From the NCBI GenBank assembly GCA_964016885.1, contig OZ024749.1, positions 8,494,001 to 8,558,000 on the forward strand: DNA of 64,000 bases, written 5' to 3'. Position 1 is the stretch's first letter, and each line of letters starts with the position of its first letter. This document shows, in pieces, positions 47,510 to 58,849 of this stretch. The stretch comes from Eledone cirrhosa. Lineage: Eukaryota. Both the position numbers and the translations under genes were made by a program. The notes beneath the pieces were generated by a model, which saw only the letters and a list, made by a program, of their open reading frames with translations, searched no databases and was not told the DNA's origin.

Positions 47510-48295
47510 ATATGTAGTTTAGAAAGCCACAACAATGCAGATGGGAAATCTCGAGGTAGGAAGTGAGTGAGAAATAGGAGAAAAGTGAAAATTGAGAGAA
47601 ATGAAAACAAAACAAAGGTAGAAGGGTTACCGTAGTGGAGATTTAATCCCAATATTTCGGGCTCACGCCCATCAACGGGGGAAAGTTCCAAAAGGGGGGG
47701 AACAGGCTAAGCCGGAGAAAGTTGTATTGTCGTTAAAACATAGGAATGCCGTTATGGGGAACATTCAAACGATGGAAAGAATGCGCGTGCACGTGATAGG
47801 CTGTGGCAAAAGCTACTGACCAATTGGGTTAAATCAATAGGGTGCGCTAGCGTGTGAAAGCCGTAAAATATGTGTGTGTAAATATATATGTGTGTGTAAC
47901 TGTGTGTGTATATGTGTATGTGTGTATGTATGTGTATGTGTGTATGTATGTGAGTGTGTGTGTGTGTGAAAGATAGTGGGCCGTAGAAGCTGGAAATCAA
48001 AGGGTGTGAAAGGTGGTAGGTTGTATAAACATGTGTGCGTGTATAAATATAGATGTGTGTGTGTATGTGTATGGGTATACATATAAGTGCGTGTGTGTGA
48101 GAGATAGTAGGCCGTAGGGGCTGTTACTGGTCACTATGGTTAAATTAGCCATGTCAGCTCATTTCTCTCAGCCCGGTTGTTAAGTGGGGGTCTGAGGTTC
48201 TTAATAACAAGTGCTTCCTTTATCCTTAAGGATCCGATGCTGCGTTCAGTCGCTAGGACTGTGACCAAGGGTCTGCCCTGTGGGTTTCCGCATTA
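47510..48295 (-). mobile_element. PLE 3' fragment: GIY-YIG C-terminus, (CA)-rich UTR and pLTR with a degenerate HHR
   Basis: Minus strand ~48142-48290 reads VTVLATERSIGSLRIKEALVIKNLRPPLNNRAERNELTWLI*; HHR-like motif at 47647-47682. Confidence 0.75.
47647..47682 (-). ncRNA. Degenerate hammerhead-like motif
   Basis: TCCC CCGTTGA T GGGC gtga GCCC GAAA TA TT GGGA. Stems are intact but the core differs from CUGANGA at two positions. Confidence 0.45.
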
Positions 48296-48311
48296 TCTAT
48301 ATATATATATC

Positions 48312-48529
48312 TATAACGAAGGAAATGTGGTAAGGAACCAGGTGGACCATAACGCACCAAAGTACTCAATACTTGAGGTAGTAGAGTGGGTAATAGGAAC
48401 CAGTAAGACCCCGACAGCTGAGCTCAGGCCGTTTCGACGGCTAATTCTGGACGGCTATTCTGGACACATAATATGTCCAGAATTAGCCGTCGAAACGGCT
48501 TGAGCTCAGCTGTCGGGGTCTTACTGGTT

Positions 48530-48533
<4 letters not shown>
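48312..48533. mobile_element. Snap-back palindrome of HHR 3' halves plus tail (family H, copy 3)
   Basis: ...gtccagaattagccgtc GAAA CGGC ttgagctca GCTG TC gggg mirrored around ~48470, with a small duplication at the pivot; tail on the left. Confidence 0.8.
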
Positions 48534-48574
<41 letters not shown>

Positions 48575-48735
48575 ATACATACATAGATGCAATGGTATGC
48601 TGGACATAACACATTATTATAAAGCAGTATTTATTGTATAGGAATTCTATAAGTTCTGATTGATGAAGTATCCAGTCAAGATTATATTCACATATATTGT
48701 CGGCCATTTCTTTCACACAACGAAAATCCGGTATT

Positions 48736-48810
48736 TCGATAAAATAAAGTACCAGTAATTCACTGGTTTAATTGCTGGCCTTGTGCCAAAAGTAGAAACA
48801 ATTATTATTA
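48736..48810 (+). mobile_element. Meta-like SINE, 5'-truncated
   Basis: tcgataaaataaagtaccag...ctggccttgtgccaaaagtagaaacaattatta. Confidence 0.75.
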
Positions 48811-48900
48811 CAACCTGCTTACTTCAGCCCCAAAGTACATACTTTGTGTCTCGAGTGCTCACTTTTGTGAACCAATAGTAACGTTATAAATAAATATATA

Positions 48901-49180
48901 GTTATACTTGGGGAGGGTCATATTGTAATAATATTGCCAGAATTAATAACAAAACACACTTACTGTTTGGTTGGTTTTCGCTTGTCGCTTTTGTGTCTTT
49001 TATATCGGTAATCTAACTTACTCGGTCCTCAATGTTGCCATTGACTGACCGACGGTCAAAAATAATACAGATACAATATAGACACAAACACATATATATA
49101 GTTTATCATAAATCTTTCGTTGCACATCTGCAACATCGTCAGTGGTGCTATCTTTTCCTCCTGTTGTATTGTATGTCTAT
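48901..49180 (-). mobile_element. Solo pseudo-LTR of the 7718 PLE family (tail-less), HHR at 49105-49146
   Basis: High similarity to 7720-8010; CTGACGA...GAAA motif retained. Confidence 0.85.
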
Positions 49181-49521
49181 TGTATCTATATCTATATATC
49201 TATCTATCTATATCTCTCTCTCTATATATATATATATATATCTATATCTATATATCTATATATATATAAATATATATATCTATATATATCTCTCTCTATA
49301 TATATCTCTCTCTATATATATCTCTATATATATATCTATATATATCTATATATATATATATATATCTATATATATATCTATATATCTCTCTCTATATATA
49401 TTTCTATATATATATCTATATATATCTCTATATCTATATACCTCTATATATATCTATATATCTATCTATATCTCTCTATATATCTATATCTATATCTGTA
49501 TATCTATATATATATATCTAT

Positions 49522-49785
49522 ATCGGCGATGAATTAGTTTTGCGAGGCTTTTTATATGAAATCGTGTGTCGAAATATATATTGTTATACTTGGTGAGGGT
49601 CATATTTGTGTAATATTGCCAGAATTAATAACAATGTTGCCATTGACTGACCGACGGTCAAAAATAATACAGATACAATATAGACACAAACACATATATA
49701 TAGTTTATCATAAATCTTTCGTTGCACATCTGCAACATCGTCAGTGGTGCTATCTTTTCCTCCTGTTGTATTGTATGTCTATTGT
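49522..49785 (-). mobile_element. Solo pseudo-LTR of the 7718 PLE family with tail and an ~80-nt internal deletion, HHR at 49707-49748
   Basis: Starts with the reverse complement of the 10547-10600 tail; lacks the segment present at ~48952-49030. Confidence 0.85.
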
Positions 49786-49845
49786 ATCTATATCTATATC
49801 TATATATCTATATCTATATATCTATATCTATATATATAGATATCT

Positions 49846-51412
49846 ACAGTAATGGTGTCGAGCACCTCGCAAATCGGGGAGATCGGCGCCTTACTGGAGG
49901 AATACAAAAGGTTCACAGGAGCGAAGCTGAACCGGGACAAATCCGTCGGTTTGCAACTCGGAACGTGGAGAGACAAACCGATGCCTAACGATGGCGTCGT
50001 CGTACGCTGGACGGAAGGACCGGTAAAGCTGCTCGGGGTCTGGTTTGGTCCTAACCTCCAGGTGGAGAAGAACTGGAACGAGGTGACGGCCAAGATGTTT
50101 GCGCTGACCCAGAAGAGGGTCGAGTACAAACTATCCTTAAAAGGTCGAGCGGGGGTGGCGAACACTTTTATAGCGTCCGTCATCTACTACCGCTTGACCG
50201 TTGTGCCTTGTCCAGCCAAAACGCTCACCAAAATGGAGCGCGCACTCTTCCAATTCTTTTGGAAGAAACGGGTTCCTTTGGTGAGAAGATCCATCTGCTG
50301 CCAACACCCTTCAAACGGAGGGCTGGGGATGCCGAAGGCTGACGATGCGCAAACACGCGCTCAGACTGCGACACCTCCAGGTATTCCTCACCAGACAACC
50401 GGTGTTGGCCCTGTTCGTGAGGCGAGCCTTCCCACTACTCGTCTCGCTGACCGAGCTGCAGTCCTGGGTCAAGCAAAGACCGAGGAAAATGGGTGACTGA
50501 CACATCGAATGTGCTCAGGCGCTCACAGTCCTCTGGCAAACGGGCCCGGCGATTAGTGGAGACTCCACTTCGACATTCTATAGAGGGTTGGTCCGCAACA
50601 AGTGCGACGACACGCTCGGAGAAGCTCTAGGCGTAGAGGAGGACGAACTGGCCAGTCTGTTCGGTAGGACCTTCCGCCCGGGACCAATGGACAACTTCCA
50701 AAAGTCCCTGGCCTGGCAGTGCTACCGAGGAGCTCTACCAGTTCGAGACAAGCTCTACAGACACGGGCGCCCAGGTAGGGACTCCTCGAAAAAGATCTGT
50801 CCGAGATGCGTGCGCGACGAGGAAACCGTCGCACACGCATTTGTACACTGCCCGGGCGTTACCGACCTGTGGGTCTATGTAGAACGACTATTGTCGCGGT
50901 TGGGACCAATCCAGTTGACCACCGAGTCCATTGTCATGATCAAACCGCCACCCTCCTTCAAAAACGAGGGAGAGGCGGTTTTCCTATGTGTTATGGCTAT
51001 GGTGAAAGAGCTTATATGGTGGACGAGGTTAAAAGGGCTGAGGTCAGACACCTTTCTCTCCGACGAGCTTTTTTCAAATATCATTTTGGAAGATGAAGAG
51101 AGAGGTGCTGTACCCCAACAAAGTTTATAAAAGGTGGGTGAATGTGGCAAAGATGGCCCGTGTGGTTGAGCCTTCTCTCTATATAAGCCTGTAGGTTGAG
51201 GAAAAAGAGGAAGAGAGGAAGGGAGTACACACTCTTGGTGCTCCTGGAGATGAGAGTTGTACATTTTTTCGGGGTGTGTACAACCCCTGTGTAACCCCCC
51301 CCCCCTATTGGGGATTTCAATTGTTATTTGTTATTGTATTAATAGTTTTATTTTCACATACCTGTATGTAAACTCCCCATTTGTATTTGTCCCCTTGTGG
51401 CCAATAAAGAAA
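49846..51412 (+). mobile_element. Tx1/L1-group LINE 3' half, frameshifted ORF2
   Basis: TGAKLNRDKS, VKLLGVWF, LSLKGR, GGLGMP, LAWQCYRGALPVRDK, CPRC..ETVAHAFVHCP; ends ccaataaagaaa within (TCTATA)n. Confidence 0.92.
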
Positions 51413-52085
51413 TTTATATATATCTATATATATATATATATCTATATATAAATGTATATATATATCTATATCTATATATATATCTATATATATATCTATA
51501 TCTATATATCTATATCGTTTTTCTGTTTCCATGCTTGTATAAACTTAAATAATTACTTTTTATATTACAATCTATTGAAACAAACTAGGACCCTATATCG
51601 TCTTCTAAATCATCTAACTTTATTTTCATTCACCTTATCTTATTTCACTTTATTTTATCTTAATAATACTTTTTTAAAAAATGTTTGCACTTCTTAATAA
51701 ATCTTTCACTATTTAAACCCTAAATAAATAGTATACTTAATTTCTATATCTGTAATCATAAGCATCATCATCCATAAACCTCATTAACTTTTAAATTTAA
51801 AATCTTATTAATTTATTTAATTTATTTATAAATTTTACAACCGTTTTTTTTCAGTCGTCTCTCTGTGCGAGACAGCGTTTCTCAGTTTAAATATTTATCT
51901 TTCCTCCTTCTTATAATCTTGCTCCGTTATCCTTTCCTTCTTTTTTTCTTTTTCCTTTCTTCATCTCCCTTACCTTTCTCCCCTTCCTTTCCTAATCTAT
52001 ATCGTTTTAAATTTATTGATCATATGTTGTTTAGACACTACCTTGCTCTCAAGTGTCTTTTTTTAAGCTTCATATCATGTCTCCC

Positions 52086-52156
52086 TATTTTATCTGATGA
52101 AAACGCAAATATCGTCGCTGGATGATATTTGTTTTTGAAATGCGCATCATAAAATA
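52086..52156 (+). ncRNA. Type I hammerhead ribozyme (family A variant), at the end of an AT-rich island (~51515-52195)
   Basis: tattttat CTGATGA aaacgcaaatatcgtc gctg gatgatatttgttttt GAAA TGCGCA TC ataaaata. AUC triplet; stem II substitutions keep pairing. Confidence 0.87.
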
Positions 52157-52193
52157 CATGGAACTTTTCTAACCATCTTTTAATTTCTTCTTA

Positions 52194-52242
<49 letters not shown>

Positions 52243-52291
52243 AAATAACAGGAGGCTGGACTTGTGTAAATCCTTGAAAGGTTTATTTATT

Positions 52292-52349
52292 ATACTATGA
52301 TCATTTCAATGACCGGGTTCCGTATGAATCCGGTGATATCATCAGGTAT
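52292..52349 (-). ncRNA. Type I hammerhead ribozyme in a short pLTR-like island (~52238-52490)
   Basis: Reverse complement reads ATAC CTGATGA tatcaccggattc atacg gaacccggtcatt GAAA TGATCA TA GTAT aataaataaa; palindromic stem III. Confidence 0.78.
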
Positions 52350-52485
52350 TCGAAATATAATAAATGAATGTAATAGATAAAATCCATGACGGTTGAGCTG
52401 CTTTACGTTGAGTACTCTCCATATTATTACATCAAGATTGACCATACGGAATGACCAGCTCTATCCAGTGGTGAACCTTCAAACC

Positions 52486-52530
<45 letters not shown>

Positions 52531-52537
52531 GCACACA

Positions 52538-52568
<31 letters not shown>

Positions 52569-52977
52569 CATAAAATATATATATATATATATATACATAA
52601 AATATATATATATAAATATACATATATATAAATATATATACATAAAATATATATATATAAATATACAAAAACTATATATATATATACACACATAAACTAT
52701 ATATATATATACACACATAAACTATATATATACACACACACACAAGACGGACATCTACAGCTTCCGTGTGTCATACATGTCTATTGCATCCATTGTATTA
52801 TTTATCAGGTTTCTATCATTTTTATTACCACAGTGCATTGCCGGAGCGTAACCGGAAGCTTCTGACCTCACACAGAAAGAACTCCTATTATATATATATA
52901 TAAATATATTTCGTTTCTGAAAAAAATGGCGTAGGACAGAAGAAAGGAAAGGCACAGAAACAAAGAAAGAAATCCCC

Positions 52978-53022
52978 AGTCACTGAAGAGGTCACAGAGT
53001 GTGTGACGAAAGGACTATGACT
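52978..53022 (+). ncRNA. Minimal hammerhead ribozyme in a pLTR related to the 7718 PLE (island ~52905-53172)
   Basis: AGTCA CTGAAGA g GTCACA gagtg TGTGAC GAAA ggac TA TGACT. The island ends atgaccctcccaaagtataacaat, like the 7718 family terminus. Confidence 0.8.
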
Positions 53023-53351
53023 ATATATAAACAACTATCTGGTTGTGGAACCAACCAACCAACCAGAAATTTATAAATTTGTAAATTTTTAAATATATAA
53101 TAAATTGAAGTGAAAGCAACTGGTGCGTGTGTTTCTTATTGGCAACATGACCCTCCCAAAGTATAACAATATATAAATATATATATATATATATATCAAG
53201 TAAGTATGTTTTGAAACAGTGAGCGAGTTTGAAATTAGAAAATATATAGCTTTCACCGTATTTTTGACTAAAGGAATTTTAGCTTGATAACGGGGTTTAG
53301 AACCCTCAGATAAATGGAAAAAGATGAGTATTGACGTACACACACACACAC

Positions 53352-53421
<70 letters not shown>

Positions 53422-53523
53422 AGTGAGGTTGTTTTACAAAATGAAAAAAAAAACGTAAAAGTAGAATTGAGATGGAGGGTTTGTGGTTTTTGAAAAACCA
53501 CAAAAACTTCCATCTCAACTCTA

Positions 53524-53559
53524 CTTTTGAAAAGCAGAAGAACTGCGAAACCGGTAAAG
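53524..53559 (+). ncRNA. Minimal hammerhead ribozyme, U3-A8 variant, preceded by an inverted repeat (~53457-53528)
   Basis: CTT TTGAAAA GCAG aagaa CTGC GAAA CCGG TA AAG ... aaataaa; ACCGGT palindromic stem III, GUA triplet. Confidence 0.65.
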
Positions 53560-53653
53560 GAACCAAATAAATATATATTTAAAAAAAAAAAAACTCCAGT
53601 TGCATTTTCTATTTCATCTTTTTTCCTTATATATATATTATATATATATTATA

Positions 53654-53704
<51 letters not shown>

Positions 53705-53799
53705 TATATATATATAGATAGATATGTATAGATATATATATATATATAGATAGATATATATAGATATGTATAGATAAATATATATATATATATATATAG

Positions 53800-53930
53800 G
53801 TGTGTGAGTCTAGATGTGTGTGAGTAAGGGTGTGAGGAGTCTAGATGTGTGTGAGTAAGGGTGTGAGGAGTCTAGATGTGTGTGAGTAAGGGTGTGAGGA
53901 GTCTAGATGTGTGTGAGTAAGGGTGTGAGT
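53800..53930. repeat. 31-bp tandem repeat (GAGTCTAGATGTGTGTGAGTAAGGGTGTGAG), ~4 units
   Basis: Direct reading. Confidence 0.85.
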
Positions 53931-54094
53931 GTACATGTGTGTGAGTGTACATGTGTGTGGGTAAGGGTGTGCGTGTGGGGGATATATATATAAGCATGTA
54001 TATATATGTGTATAGTATACACGTATATACAAACATATACATATAGAGGGATATATATATATATATATATACAGAGTGAAGGACAGAAATATAT

Positions 54095-54684
54095 ATTTCT
54101 TTATTTGCCACAAGGGCGCACAAGAAAAGGGGACAATACAAAGACATGCCGGGATTTTACATACAGTCGTGTAAAAAATATAAAAACAAACAATTACAAC
54201 AATCGAAATCCCCAATAGGGGGGAGGCGCCACAAATGGGTTGTTTCATACCCCGTCGATAGAACAACCCTCAACTTCAGGAGCGTGTGGTGCAAGTGCTC
54301 CTTTCTTCCTTTTGCTCTCTTCTTCAACCTACAGGTTTATAAACAGAGAAGGCCCAATCACTCGGGCCATTTTTGCCCCATTCACCCACCTTTCAGTAAA
54401 TTTACTGGGGTGCAGTGCCTCTCTCTCCACTGATTCTCCTTCTAAAGTGGTAACTAAAGAAGGGAATGAGTTGTTGTCCGGAGAGAAAGGCATCTGTCCT
54501 CAGTCCTCTCAATCTCATCCACCATAGCCACTGTACAGAGGAAAACCGCCTCTCTTTCGTTTTTGAAAGAAGTTGGCAGTTTGATCCTTACTATGGACTC
54601 GGCAGTCAACTGGATTTGTCCCATACGCGACAGCAGTTGTTCTGCGTATTTCCACAGGTCGGGTATCCCCGGGCAGTGTACAAT
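54095..54684 (-). mobile_element. Tx1/L1-group LINE 3' fragment
   Basis: IVHCPGIPDLWKYAEQLLSRMGQIQLTAESIV...EAVFLC; flanking direct repeat tgaaggacagaaa at 54077 and 54685. Confidence 0.88.
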
Positions 54685-54924
54685 TGAAGGACAGAAAGAT
54701 AGATAGAGTGTGTGATAAACAGCGAGAAGATGTAGATAAAACAAAAGGATAAAAAGAGAGAGAGAGTGTGTATGTGTGTGAGAGAGAATGTGTGTTTGTA
54801 AGAGAGAGTGTGTTTGTGTGTGTGTGTGTGAGAGAGTGTGTGTGTGTGAGAGAGAGTGTGTGTGTGAGAGAGAGTGTGTGAGAGAGTGTGTGTGAGAGAG
54901 GGTGTATGTGTGTGTGTGTGAGAG

Positions 54925-55014
<90 letters not shown>

Positions 55015-55283
55015 TGTGTATGTGTACGTGTGAGAGAGAGTGTGTGTGTACGTGTGAAAGAAAAAAGGTAGAAGGGAGAGGTGTGTTTATCAGGTAGGGT
55101 ATTAAAGGTAAACGATATCAAGTAAACATTTCACTAGCACCGCACGTACCGACACACATATATACGCATACACACCTACATATACACACATACACACATA
55201 CACACACACATACATACACCGACACTACCACATCAAAACACACACCCACACATACACATACATATATATATATATTTACACAC

Positions 55284-55327
55284 ATGATGGCTGCCCCCTC
55301 GTTATCGAGTATGGCCATTGCACGAGA
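55284..55327 (-). mobile_element. Very short RTE-type 3' terminus related to the bipartite element
   Basis: Reverse complement tggccatactcgataacgagggggcagccatcat versus tggccgtactcgaaaacgagttggcagccaccat. Confidence 0.55.
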
Positions 55328-55393
55328 AAAAAAAATATTAATAACAATAATAATAATAATAATAACAACAATAATAATAACGACAACAACAAC

Positions 55394-55583
55394 AATAATT
55401 GTTTCTACTATTGGCACAAGGCCAGCAAATACCCAGTACATTACTGGTACTTTATTTTATCGACCCCGTAAGGATGAAAGGCAAAGTTAACCTCGGCGGG
55501 ATTTGAACTCAGAATAGCAAGGGCCGTAACTCTATGCGTCAAAGCATGGCGTCCGACCATCTACCGATACTGCCAATTCACCG
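55394..55583 (-). mobile_element. tRNA-derived Meta-like SINE, copy 4
   Basis: Reverse complement of the 29410 SINE with A and B boxes. Confidence 0.85.
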
Positions 55584-55674
55584 ACAACAATAACAATAAT
55601 AATATACATATATATATATACACACACACGCACACACATAAACATATCTATACACACACACACACGATAGCAAT

Positions 55675-56683
55675 TAACAGCGCTGCGGTCGAATGTGGCT
55701 TTTTAGCCCAGCCAATGATCTAAAATGTCTTGCACAGAGTCGGCAACCAAAACATCCACTGGGAATAGTCGTCTATGGTTGGAGTTCGTGTACTTTTGCA
55801 TGTCACTTGAGCCCTCCTGCTGATTTACATTCTCTACCACATGTTTGGCAAGCATGATGAGTAGCATCTCCAACAGCAGCCTGGTAGTCAACCACTGGTC
55901 TTACTTTATGACTGCGAAGATGACTTTCGAGTCCAGCTTTGCTTAGGCAGAGTTTCGCACAGACGCTGCATGTCATTACCATAGGAGGACCTTCGCCGTC
56001 TGGAAGTGCAACAGCAATGCCCTTCCTCACGTCCCGCTTTACTTTCTCGTATACGATTCGAGATGCCTCAAAGGCAAATTTTCCCTCATATACAGTCTTT
56101 CTCCATTTATTACGATCAGCAGCAATATTTTCCCATGTATCAGCAGAGATGTTAACGTCTTTCAAAGAGGTTTTCAAGGAATCCTTATACCTCTTTTTTG
56201 GTTTATGTGGCGGTCGTTTTCCTTTAACTAACTCTCCATAAAAGAGTTGTTTTGGTATTCTAGAATCCTTCATCCTTGCAAGGTGACCACTCCAACGGAG
56301 TCGTTGCTTAAGCACAAGAGCTTCTATACTGTCACACATAGAGCTTTCCAAAATCTCGACATCACTGATATGGTCCCTCGAGTGAACGCCATGGATCCGT
56401 CTGAGACACATCTGATGGAAATGCTCCAATTGCTTAAGGTGGTGTCGATAGGTGACCCAGGTCTCGCAGGCAGTAAGAAGATAAGAGAGCACACATGCCT
56501 TGTACACCTTTACCTTTGTGCTCTTGCATATGTCTCGCCGACCCCAGAGTCGCCTTTCTAGCTTTCCGAAAGCATCACTTGCTTTCCTAATCCTAAGTGA
56601 GATTTCACTATCAAGGTTGCTGTATCGATTGACAGTGCTTCCCAGGTAGACAAACTGATCAACCACTTCATGTCCTTTACCAT
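55675..56683 (-). pseudogene. RTE-clade LINE 3' fragment with C-terminal C2H2 fingers
   Basis: VVDQFVYLGS, RIRKASDAFGKL, CETW, RLRWSGHLARM.DSRIPKQLFYGEL..GKR...PKKRYKD, CSVC...GLESHLRSH, CQTCGRECKSAGGLK. Confidence 0.92.
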
Positions 56684-56705
56684 ACACATAGATATATACA
56701 TACAC

Positions 56706-57088
56706 ATGGTGGCTGCCAACTCGTTTTCGAGTACGGCCACTACTTTATATCCATGTAGGAGAACCCCTACCGAAGCGCTGAACGAGTGTGACTTTTTAGT
56801 CCAGCCAGCGACTTGAAAACTCTGGTACAAACACTATACTTGTGACAATTATTGACACTTAATGCTGGGCCCATGGTACCATGTGAGGACAAGTGCAGAG
56901 AGATCTCCAGATATAAAGCAATGCCTGTGCCGTGAAGCTTTTATAGTGAGCAAAGGCACTGCACAAAGCCAGTCCCACTCTCTTAACCAAGATGATATTT
57001 ACCAAAAAGAAGAACAAGTCAACATCATTGGATACCATCAGAGTTGCAGGTGTTATATCAGAGTTTTCCTTCTCCTAGAATTCTGCCT
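56706..57088 (-). mobile_element. Bipartite RTE-derived element, copy 4 (5'-truncated)
   Basis: Reverse complement of ~3564-3946. Confidence 0.85.
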
Positions 57089-57539
57089 ACATACACATAC
57101 ATATATACATACACACATATATTCGTACATACATACATAAGTACGTACAAACATACCTACATATATACATACATAAGACACACACACATACATGCTTACA
57201 TCATACATACATATATATACATACACATACATATATACACACACACACACATACAATCATGTACACACACACATATTCGTACATACATACATAAATACAT
57301 ACAAACATACATACATATATACATACATATAGACACACACACATAGATGCTTACATAATACATACATATATACATACGTACATGCTAACATAAGTACACA
57401 CACATACACAAATTCATACATACATACATACATACATACATACACTGATACCTACCTACGCGCGCACACACACACACACACACACACGCACACACAGCAA
57501 CAACCATCAACATCAATTCAAACCACTTCCTGGGACTAT

Positions 57540-57780
57540 CACCACCACCGCCATCACCGCCATCACCACCACCACCACCACTGCCATCACCTCCAACGCC
57601 ATCAGCTGCATTACCACCCCCACCGCCAGCACCACCACCACCACCGCCAGCACCACCACCACCACCGCCATCACCACCGTCATCACCACCGCCAGCATCA
57701 CCCCCACCCCCCATCATCACCTCCATCACCACCGCCATCACCGCTGAAACAACCATCACAACAACAATAACAACAACAAC
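57540..57780. repeat. Degenerate (CCA/CCG)n then (CAA)n trinucleotide repeat
   Basis: Direct reading. Confidence 0.85.
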
Positions 57781-57789
57781 AGTGTTACA

Positions 57790-58834
57790 TGTTTATTACA
57801 ACAACACATGCCACACCCGACAACCCCTTCGGATCAACTACAACACGAGAAAACCAGTCTAGAAATAGCAGCGAAACTTCCCTCAAATCTCACCCACACC
57901 AGAAGCCAGACAAGGACCTCTACGCAGACGAACCTCTTCCTAGAAATAGCACCAAAAGATCCTTCAAATCCCACTGAGACCGTCTGAGAAAAGCGCTTGA
58001 TAACGTGTTACTGGGTTCTTGTTACATTGGAAGAGCAAAAAAAAAGGAATGGTCACATCTGGAAAGACGATGATGGGTCTGTTTGAACTGAACCGACATG
58101 GAGACTAAACAACAACAACAACAACACAATAGATGCCGCACCACAACAGAACAAAACATGTCATACCACAACCACAACACCACGAGGGACCACACAACAT
58201 AACAACAAAACCACGAGGCACCACACAACACAACCACAAGACCACGAGGGACCACACAACACAACCACGAGGGACCACACAACACAACCACGAGGGACCA
58301 CACAACACAACCACGAGGGACCACACAACACAACCACAAGACCACGAGGCACCACACAACACAACCACAAGACCATACCACACAACACAACCACAAGACC
58401 ACGAGGCACCACACAACACAACCACAAGATCACACCACACAACACAACAACAAGACCACACCACAACGCGGCCATCTCAACATTGTGTCCTTAAAAAAAA
58501 TAGGGTGAAAGAAGGAAAGAACCACTGACAGACACATTGGATGATGTAGTCCCTGATAAACCTCTACCACACACAAGATGGTCACGGCTGGACTACAGTT
58601 TACTCAACAGATACAACAGAACACAAAGTGAGCCAATGTAGGATATTTTACGTGGCCGTATGACCAGCTGGAAATAGGAACCAAATCATCACAACCCACA
58701 CGTTTCTGCCATAAGAAAGGAAAGGACACGTTGAATGATAGAGTTCTAGACATACTTCTAAAAAGGTTAGGATCCCTGTGGCTATAATGTCTTTTATAAT
58801 GGATCTATTGAGTAAGGACACAGCATACACCCAC
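57790..58834 (-). other. Candidate 3'-terminal exons of an unidentified host transcript
   Basis: Minus strand: acceptor gttatag|58834, donor 58756|gtatgt, 88-nt intron, acceptor ttcctatttccag|58667, in-frame hydrophobic peptide ending at TAG ~58593. A further acceptor gtttag|~58104 and AATAAA at ~57795-57800. Confidence 0.3.
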
Positions 58835-58849
58835 CTATAACACACAACA

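Noticed and set aside
58480-58667. Single in-frame TGA in a Cys-rich frame (CCIC*V) as selenocysteine
   Set aside because: The frame does not fit the predicted splice phase, no SECIS was identified, and there is no recognisable selenoprotein motif.
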